Shown here in pieces: positions 58,217 through 64,000 of a stretch of DNA of 64,000 nt. The DNA comes from a virus. Position 1 is the first letter of the stretch. The number at the start of each line of letters is the position of its first letter. The notes below the pieces were generated by a model. It was given only the letters and a program-made list of their open reading frames with translations, was not told where the DNA came from and did not search any database. The position numbers and the translations under genes were made by a program. Location of the stretch: IMG/VR virus record IMGVR_UViG_3300027770_000032. One strand, given 5' to 3'.

Positions 58217-58456
58217 ATGAAAGATATTATGAAAACAATTTTTGATCGTGTATTTAGTTTTACTGGTATGGTGGGTTTACTAGTTTTATTGACTGGCTGG
58301 TTTCTTGGATCGGCTATCATTAATGAAAACGAAGAGCGCGCGCTGAATAAAGCTACTATTAAGGCTTGCTACGATGGAGGCCTAATTAAGGTCGATACTG
58401 ATGCAGGTTCTTACTGTGTTGCTCCTGCTAATCTTGTAAGGGTTGAAGTAAAATGA
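58217..58456 (+). CDS. Hypothetical membrane protein
   Basis: AAGGA RBS; TM helix. Confidence 0.55.
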   Translation: MKDIMKTIFDRVFSFTGMVGLLVLLTGWFLGSAIINENEERALNKATIKACYDGGLIKVDTDAGSYCVAPANLVRVEVK

Positions 58457-58665
58457 GTTTTTGGTTGATTGTTTATTTGTTCACTCAAGAAGGCGAATTC
58501 GTTGCAAAAGATGTTTACGAAACCGGTGGTCAAGAACAGTGTGTGAAGTTTGCCGGTGAAGTGACTCGCACGATTATTAATAGCCGTCTGCAAGCACAAT
58601 TTCATTGTGTAAGTGATGATCATTACATGGGCCGCAAACAAGACGAAGGGATTGATTATGACTAA
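58453..58665 (+). CDS. Hypothetical protein
   Basis: Coupled ORF. Confidence 0.55.
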   Translation: MSFWLIVYLFTQEGEFVAKDVYETGGQEQCVKFAGEVTRTIINSRLQAQFHCVSDDHYMGRKQDEGIDYD

Positions 58666-58767
58666 TCATCCTCGTCAGCGCGCAATGTGGGATGGACTAA
58701 CTGGATCAGGCTGTCTTGGTATTGTTCTTTTGCTTGCTATGATAACTGTAATTGGAGTTTTGTTTGA

Positions 58768-59178
58768 ATGACTGAACGTGTAGGTATCGTAGCAAGTTGT
58801 TTTGATTTGTTTCATGCAGGTCATATCCTGATGCTGATGGAAGCAAAGGGGAAATGTGATCGGTTGGTCGTGGCTTTGCAGTCAGATCCTACGATTGATC
58901 GACCTGAGAAGAACAAGCCAGTTCAAGCAATGTTTGAGCGCTATGTACAACTCGAAGCATGCAAGTATGTCGATCAAATAATCCCTTATGATACAGAAGC
59001 TGATCTGCTAAACCTACTGTCAGGTTACGATTGGGACGTTCGTTTCCTTGGTATGGATTACATTGATCGGACAGAATTTACTGGATCCTATCTCGATATT
59101 CCTATCCACTACTGCAGCCGTAGGCACAACTATAGTTCATCTGGTTTGCGTGAACGTATTTTGAAAGCAAAGAAATGA
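58768..59178 (+). CDS. Cytidylyltransferase (TagD-like)
   Basis: FDLFHAGH (HxGH), YSSSGLR.RI. Confidence 0.88.
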   Translation: MTERVGIVASCFDLFHAGHILMLMEAKGKCDRLVVALQSDPTIDRPEKNKPVQAMFERYVQLEACKYVDQIIPYDTEADLLNLLSGYDWDVRFLGMDYIDRTEFTGSYLDIPIHYCSRRHNYSSSGLRERILKAKK

Positions 59179-59618
59179 GTAAGTGGGCAGCACGATTCCT
59201 CGATCTTGCTGACCATGTCGCGACATGGTCAAAGGATCCTCGGACACAAGTAGGATGCGTCATCGTAGATAAGCACAATCGTATCGTCTCTCTCGGTTTT
59301 AATGGCTTTCCTCGTGGTGTGAACGATCTTGCACAGAGATACAATGATAGACCGACGAAACATCTGTTCGTAGCTCACGCCGAGCGAAATGCACTCGATA
59401 ATGCTCCGTTGTCTGTTGAAGGTTGTACGCTTTATAGTCCTCTGCTACCTTGTAGCGAATGCGCAAAGAGCATCATTCAGAAAGGAATTACGAAGGTTGT
59501 ATCATACGAACCAGATGAAGACGTTGAACATTTTCACTGGGATATCACAAAACAAATGTTTTTAGAAGCATGTGTTCAACTTTATCTGATAAATAAAACT
59601 GTCACGCCTAATGGGTGA
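59175..59618 (+). CDS. dCMP deaminase
   Basis: SKDP.TQVG, G.NG.PRG, HAERNA, PC.EC. Confidence 0.92.
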   Translation: MSKWAARFLDLADHVATWSKDPRTQVGCVIVDKHNRIVSLGFNGFPRGVNDLAQRYNDRPTKHLFVAHAERNALDNAPLSVEGCTLYSPLLPCSECAKSIIQKGITKVVSYEPDEDVEHFHWDITKQMFLEACVQLYLINKTVTPNG

Positions 59619-59653
59619 CACAACTAAACTCGCTTAATAGGAGAATGAGTATG
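59600..59653 (+). promoter_or_regulatory. ROSE-like RNA thermometer in the sHSP leader
   Basis: TGTCAC/GTGACA hairpin, then CTCGCT-TAAT-AGGAG hairpin with a bulged G sequestering the SD. Confidence 0.55.
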
Positions 59654-60160
59654 TTTAATAATATCAAGGATTTCGATCGCTTTTTTGTAGGCTTCGATCC
59701 AATCGTAAAGAGAATGTCAGAAGCTGCAGAGCAGACTGTCAAGGCAGCTCAAAACTATCCCCCATACAATATCAAGAAGATTGATGAGAACAAGTATCTT
59801 ATCGAGATGGCTGTTGCTGGTTTCGGTAAGCAGGATCTCGAAATCGAGCTTGCAGAAGATAAGCTAATCATCAAAGGTAATGTTCAGTCTGGAGAACCTG
59901 CAGAGCAGGATTCGAAGGGCGAATGGACATGGCCTGCATTCCTCTATCAAGGACTTGCGAATCGCCCATTTACTCGCACGTTTAATCTCGCGGATAATGT
60001 AGAGATTCGTAACGCATCTCTTCTGAATGGTATTCTCAAGATTGCTCTCGAAGCAATTATTCCTGAGCATAAGAAACCAAAGAAGATCCATATTCAGGAT
60101 CCAGACGAAGAATATCCGTCGCAAGCTGCCGAATTCTTGGCAGAAGGTAAAACGAAGTAA
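59651..60160 (+). CDS. Small heat-shock protein (Hsp20/IbpA-like)
   Basis: FVGFD, YPPYNI, IE.AVAGF, G.A.R.F.R.F.LA, NG.L.I.L, PE.KKP..I.I. Confidence 0.95.
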   Translation: MFNNIKDFDRFFVGFDPIVKRMSEAAEQTVKAAQNYPPYNIKKIDENKYLIEMAVAGFGKQDLEIELAEDKLIIKGNVQSGEPAEQDSKGEWTWPAFLYQGLANRPFTRTFNLADNVEIRNASLLNGILKIALEAIIPEHKKPKKIHIQDPDEEYPSQAAEFLAEGKTK

Positions 60161-60187
60161 AAAGAAGGGGAGCTTTCGCTCCCCTTC
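60161..60187. terminator. Hairpin terminator between the convergent sHSP and endolysin genes
   Basis: GAAGGGGAGC-TTTC-GCTCCCCTTC; the upstream A tract gives a U tract on the minus strand. Confidence 0.75.
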
Positions 60188-60190
60188 AAC

Positions 60191-61357
60191 TTATCCCCAA
60201 TTGGCGTATTGTTTTGTTTTCTTTAGGCGATCGTCAAGACCATGTGTACCGCCATTCACTCGCTTTGTAATCTGAGTGATGATAGCATCGGATACACCTT
60301 TGTCTGCAATTGCAAGCAATCCATTTTTACGGAAGAACCATAATGCAGACTCAAAAGCCAACTCACCAACCACAAGATCAGGATTCGTCAAGACGTCAGG
60401 ACGTTTTACGTCAGCGGCAAAGGTTGCATAGTTGTCTTTCCCAGTCAGTTGGATCGGACCACGACCTCTCCACTTATAACCATCTCCAGAGGCTTCTGAA
60501 CCGTTCCCCATCCGATTAGCATACACTTTGTTTGCAATCTTTTCTGGTTTACGAGCATAACCTGCAGTCGAAGCGATCGTAGGAAAATACTTCTTGAAAA
60601 TTCCGTTGAGTCCCTTATCTGAGTAGTTGAGGTTCTCAGAGAACACCTTAAACCCACCTGACTCATGAGCACACTGACCGAAGAAGTGTGCCGCTTGATT
60701 GTTTGTCAGCTTGAAATAATCTCTTGCTGCCTTATATGTTCCAGGTCCCCATTTACCGTCGGCAACAATGCCGCATTTCGTTTGGAGAGCAGCTAATGGA
60801 CCAAGACCCGCAGCAATCGGAATTGCCTTTGAAGCAGGAACCGGAGGAGTTGTCTGACGAAGAACTCCAGTGGCCTTCATTGTGGTGGGATCAAAATCCT
60901 GAACAGGCGTATATGTTGTGCCACCAGATTTTGACTTCGCAGCAACTAGAAGTTGACGACGATTCCCACCAGCCTTCTTAATCGAAGCGTGAACCCATCC
61001 TGAATTCTTATCACCTTTTGTGTAGAACTCAAGAATCACTTGGTCAAATTCAAGATTATCGCCGATCCAATCGGCAACAGTTTTGTTATCAACACCTTTT
61101 ACTTCAAAGTCAATCGCCTGACCGTTGACATGTTGTGATGTCTTTGAACCACCGACTGCCTTATTCACAAGCGGTGCACGATACGAAGAGTTGATCGTCA
61201 CAGGACCAAACTTTGCACGAACTGGTTCAAGAATCTTTTCGCAACAGTAACGCATATTCTCAATATGTTCTGGAGTTGGATTATTGCTAAGTCCAAGTTT
61301 TTTAGCCGTTGGAGAAACAGTCATTTCTTCTAGAGCAAAATGTTCAGTTAGTTTCAT
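60191..61357 (-). CDS. Endolysin: peptidase M15A + PG-binding linker + GH19 lysozyme domain
   Basis: SSYR...SQH..GQA.D...WVH (M15); DGKWGPGT; AHFFGQCAHES, ENLNYS, RGRGPIQLTG, TKRVNGG (GH19). Confidence 0.88.
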   Translation of the reverse strand: MKLTEHFALEEMTVSPTAKKLGLSNNPTPEHIENMRYCCEKILEPVRAKFGPVTINSSYRAPLVNKAVGGSKTSQHVNGQAIDFEVKGVDNKTVADWIGDNLEFDQVILEFYTKGDKNSGWVHASIKKAGGNRRQLLVAAKSKSGGTTYTPVQDFDPTTMKATGVLRQTTPPVPASKAIPIAAGLGPLAALQTKCGIVADGKWGPGTYKAARDYFKLTNNQAAHFFGQCAHESGGFKVFSENLNYSDKGLNGIFKKYFPTIASTAGYARKPEKIANKVYANRMGNGSEASGDGYKWRGRGPIQLTGKDNYATFAADVKRPDVLTNPDLVVGELAFESALWFFRKNGLLAIADKGVSDAIITQITKRVNGGTHGLDDRLKKTKQYANWG

Positions 61358-61375
61358 TTTTATCGCCTTTTACTA

Positions 61376-61404
61376 TGTACTTTATTTGGGTTTTAGAGTA
61401 TAAC
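61376..61404 (+). promoter_or_regulatory. TGTACT-N17-TATAAC promoter for gp43
   Basis: Variant of the motif family. Confidence 0.5.
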
Positions 61405-61433
61405 TAATAATGCGGCCAGATACTGGAGATCCA

Positions 61434-63941
61434 ATGAATTTTTATACCAATGTTACTCGTCATCGAAATCAAATTTTAGTTCGCGGAATATCTGACGGCA
61501 AACCTGTCAAGTTTTCTGTGAAATACAAACCTTATTTATTCGTTCAAGCAAGTGCACAAACCGAACATAAGAACCTGAAAGGTGAATATGTCGGCAAGAT
61601 GCAATTCGATTCCATGTCTGAAACACGAGAGTTTCTACAAAGTTACGAAAACGTGGCAGGCATGAACATCTACGGCCTCTCCGATTGGCCTTACATGTAT
61701 ATTTATGACAAGTATAAGGGTGAGATCAAGTATGATCCTGCCCTCGTTTCAGTTTGTTCGATCGATATCGAGACCAGCATTGAAGGTGGTTTCCCCGACA
61801 TCGAGAAAGCAGACAATGAAATCACAGCGATTACCATCGGCCGCAATGGTAGAAAGACTACTTTTGGTTGCGGTGAATATCAGGAGCATCAAGACAATGT
61901 ACAATATTACAAATGCGCAGACGAATCTGCACTCTTACTCGCCTTTCTCGAAGTCTGGAACGGATCACTCTATTCGCCTGACGTTGTCACAGGCTGGAAC
62001 ATCGAGTTCTTCGACATTCCGTATCTTGTCAACAGGATTCGAAAGGTTCTTGGAGATGATCACGCTGAACGTCTCTCTCCCTGGAAAATACTTCGTGAAT
62101 ACAAAGTTAACAGCCGTGGACGAGACTGCATTTGCTATGCCCCTATCGGCATCGCCGTCCTTGATTACATCAAACTCTACAGGAAGTTTACGTACACAGA
62201 GCAGGAATCTTACCGACTTGACTACATCGCTCAAGTTGAACTCGGCGAAGGAAAGCTTGACTATCGCGATGAAGGTTATACCGACCTCGATGACCTTCGG
62301 CTAAGAAACTTTCAACTCTACATCGAATATAACGTTCGAGATGTTGAGATCGTTGAGAGACTCGAAGACAAGCTAAAGCTCATCGAGCTGGTCTATGCTT
62401 TGGCTTATGACGCTAAGGTAAACTATGAAGATACCATGGCAACCGTGAAGCAATGGGACGTGATCACTCACAACTATCTTCTCGATCGAAACATCGTGGT
62501 TCCTCTCAACGATAAGAATAAACCCGACCGAGCCTTCGTAGGCGGATATGTCAAAGATCCAAAGGTCGGCATGAGTAAATGGGTTGTGTCGTTCGATCTA
62601 AACTCCCTTTATCCTCACCTTATTATGCAGTACAACATCTCGCCAGAGACGCTTGTCACTCGCTTAAAAGATAAGGTGTCGATCGACGACCTACTTGTTG
62701 GTGGCGCTAGTCAGTTCGGTGGCTATCTTGATAAAACGAACTGCACTATCGCCGCCAACCTTTGTATCTATACAAAAGAAAAGCGTGGCTTCTTGCCATC
62801 GATTATGGATCGTATGTATGACGATCGTACTCGATATAAGAAGCAGATGATCAAGTGTAAGAAAGAATACGAGAAGACGAAAGAACCCCAGCTCGTCAAA
62901 GAAATTGCTCGTCTCGATAACATGCAGATGGCCAAGAAGATTCAGTTGAACTCGGCTTATGGTGCTCTCGGCAACAAGTGGTTTCGCTGGTTTGACGTGA
63001 ACAATGCCGAAGCCATTACCACATCTGGTCAGCTCAGCATTCGTTGGATCGAGAATAAGCTCAACGACTATCTCAACAAACTGTTGAAGACCGAGAACTT
63101 TGACTATGTATTGGCTTCCGATACCGATTCAGTGTATGTGACTCTCGAATACCTCGTGAAGAATGTATTCGGTGATGATGTTCCTGAAACGAAGAAGGTG
63201 ATCCAATATATCGACAAGATCTGTAAGGAACGAATTGAACCATTCATCGACCGTTCTTATCAAGAGCTTGCCGAATATATGCGTGCATATGATCAGAAGA
63301 TGCAAATGAAGCGAGAGAACATCGCAGATAAAGGTATCTGGAAGGCCAAGAAGATGTACATCTTGAATGTATGGAACTCTGAAGGTGTTGAGTATGAGAA
63401 GCCGAAGTTGAAGATGACAGGCATCGAAGCAGTTCGATCCTCGACTCCGACTGCATGTCGTGATGCCATTAAGAAATCTCTCGAGATTATTATGGCTGGA
63501 TCCGAATCGGATCTTCAGAAATATGTGGCCAACTTTAAGTCAGAGTTTTCTTCTCTTGGATTTGACGACATTGCTTTTACTCGCGGTGTCAAGGATATCG
63601 AGAAATATTGGGTAGGTGGTAGGTTCCAAAGCCAGACACCTATTCACGTTCGCGGTTCAGTCGTCTTCAATGAAATGTTGAAGAAGAAGAAACTGACAAA
63701 TAAATATCAATTGATTACCAGCGGTGAAAAGATTAAGTTCGCGTATCTCAAAAACCCGAACCCGACACAAGACTACGTGATCGCATGTCCGAATGGTCTA
63801 CCAAAAGAATTGAAAATGGAAACCTATATCGACTATGCGGTGCAGTTCGAGAAAGGCTATCTTAGCCCTATCGAGTCTATCACAAATACAATGGGCTGGC
63901 AAGCAGAAAAAAGAGCAACACTCGAGGATTGGCTAAACTAA
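61434..63941 (+). CDS. gp43: DNA polymerase, family B
   Basis: DIET, GWNIEFFDIPY, SFDLNSLYP, KIQLNSAYG, SDTDS, KKMY; C-terminal clamp peptide. Confidence 0.98.
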   Translation: MNFYTNVTRHRNQILVRGISDGKPVKFSVKYKPYLFVQASAQTEHKNLKGEYVGKMQFDSMSETREFLQSYENVAGMNIYGLSDWPYMYIYDKYKGEIKYDPALVSVCSIDIETSIEGGFPDIEKADNEITAITIGRNGRKTTFGCGEYQEHQDNVQYYKCADESALLLAFLEVWNGSLYSPDVVTGWNIEFFDIPYLVNRIRKVLGDDHAERLSPWKILREYKVNSRGRDCICYAPIGIAVLDYIKLYRKFTYTEQESYRLDYIAQVELGEGKLDYRDEGYTDLDDLRLRNFQLYIEYNVRDVEIVERLEDKLKLIELVYALAYDAKVNYEDTMATVKQWDVITHNYLLDRNIVVPLNDKNKPDRAFVGGYVKDPKVGMSKWVVSFDLNSLYPHLIMQYNISPETLVTRLKDKVSIDDLLVGGASQFGGYLDKTNCTIAANLCIYTKEKRGFLPSIMDRMYDDRTRYKKQMIKCKKEYEKTKEPQLVKEIARLDNMQMAKKIQLNSAYGALGNKWFRWFDVNNAEAITTSGQLSIRWIENKLNDYLNKLLKTENFDYVLASDTDSVYVTLEYLVKNVFGDDVPETKKVIQYIDKICKERIEPFIDRSYQELAEYMRAYDQKMQMKRENIADKGIWKAKKMYILNVWNSEGVEYEKPKLKMTGIEAVRSSTPTACRDAIKKSLEIIMAGSESDLQKYVANFKSEFSSLGFDDIAFTRGVKDIEKYWVGGRFQSQTPIHVRGSVVFNEMLKKKKLTNKYQLITSGEKIKFAYLKNPNPTQDYVIACPNGLPKELKMETYIDYAVQFEKGYLSPIESITNTMGWQAEKRATLEDWLN

Positions 63942-64000
63942 TGGCAAACTTAGACATCGATTTAGATTTTGATTTTGGTTTCACGACTTCTTCTGAAGAA
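63941..64000 (+). CDS. Hypothetical protein, 3'-truncated (MANLDIDLDFDFGFT...)
   Basis: TAATG coupling after gp43. Confidence 0.5.
   Translation, partial: MANLDIDLDFDFGFTTSSEE

Noticed and set aside
14911-63941. Introns, inteins or homing endonucleases in gp17, gp20, gp23, uvsW, gp46 or gp43
   Set aside because: The ORFs are continuous and of normal length; no LAGLIDADG, GIY-YIG, HNH or intein motifs seen.
1-64000. Stop-codon reassignment, or a diversity-generating retroelement
   Set aside because: Core genes are intact in the standard code; no suppressor tRNA, reverse transcriptase or TR/VR pair seen.
1-64000. Apparent abundance of TCGA/GATC words
   Set aside because: An impression only. 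It may reflect codon-pair bias (ATC/CTC/GTC-GAN) and needs a Markov-corrected count before any claim.

Overview
The window is a 64-kb segment of a large T4-like (Tevenvirinae/exo-T-even-type) myovirus genome. The host is probably an alphaproteobacterium; this is inferred from the peroxiredoxin, the ROSE-like sHSP leader, the CHASE2 cyclase and tRNAs for A-rich codons. Gene order: (1) end of a long tail-fibre gene, then a 440-aa fibre-tip/adhesin-like protein with mirror-symmetric repeats; (2) a 12-gene block of protein/glycan-modifying enzymes (2OG-Fe(II) oxygenases, a GT60 Gnt1-like glycosyltransferase, a YkgJ/FliB-like protein, a lysine methyltransferase, a sulfotransferase-like protein, a GT-A enzyme); (3) the canonical neck-terminase-tail-head module gp13-gp23 and gp3; (4) uvsY, uvsW, gp55, gp47, gp46, def; (5) a DNA-modification cluster around a T4 gp42-type dCMP hydroxymethylase, with two aGPT-Pplase-like proteins, a PLP enzyme, a UDG-like protein and a DenB-like nuclease; (6) gp45, gp44, gp62, regA; (7) a ~16-kb accessory island with four tRNAs, a peroxiredoxin, a late-promoter-driven csgF/csgG/curlin/FecR/CHASE2-adenylate cyclase operon, dCMP deaminase, sHSP and an M15+GH19 endolysin; (8) DNA polymerase gp43. 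Regulatory signals are clear: TATAAATA late promoters and a TGTACA-N17-TANNNT early-type promoter family. The top candidates for undescribed biology are (a) a virion post-translational decoration system (enzyme block, mirror-repeat fibre tip, and [A/S]-N motif enrichment in exposed structural segments), (b) an hmC hypermodification pathway that uses enzymes known from thymidine hypermodification, and (c) a phage-encoded curli secretion operon coupled to cAMP signalling. All calls come from motif recognition by eye; no database searches were run.
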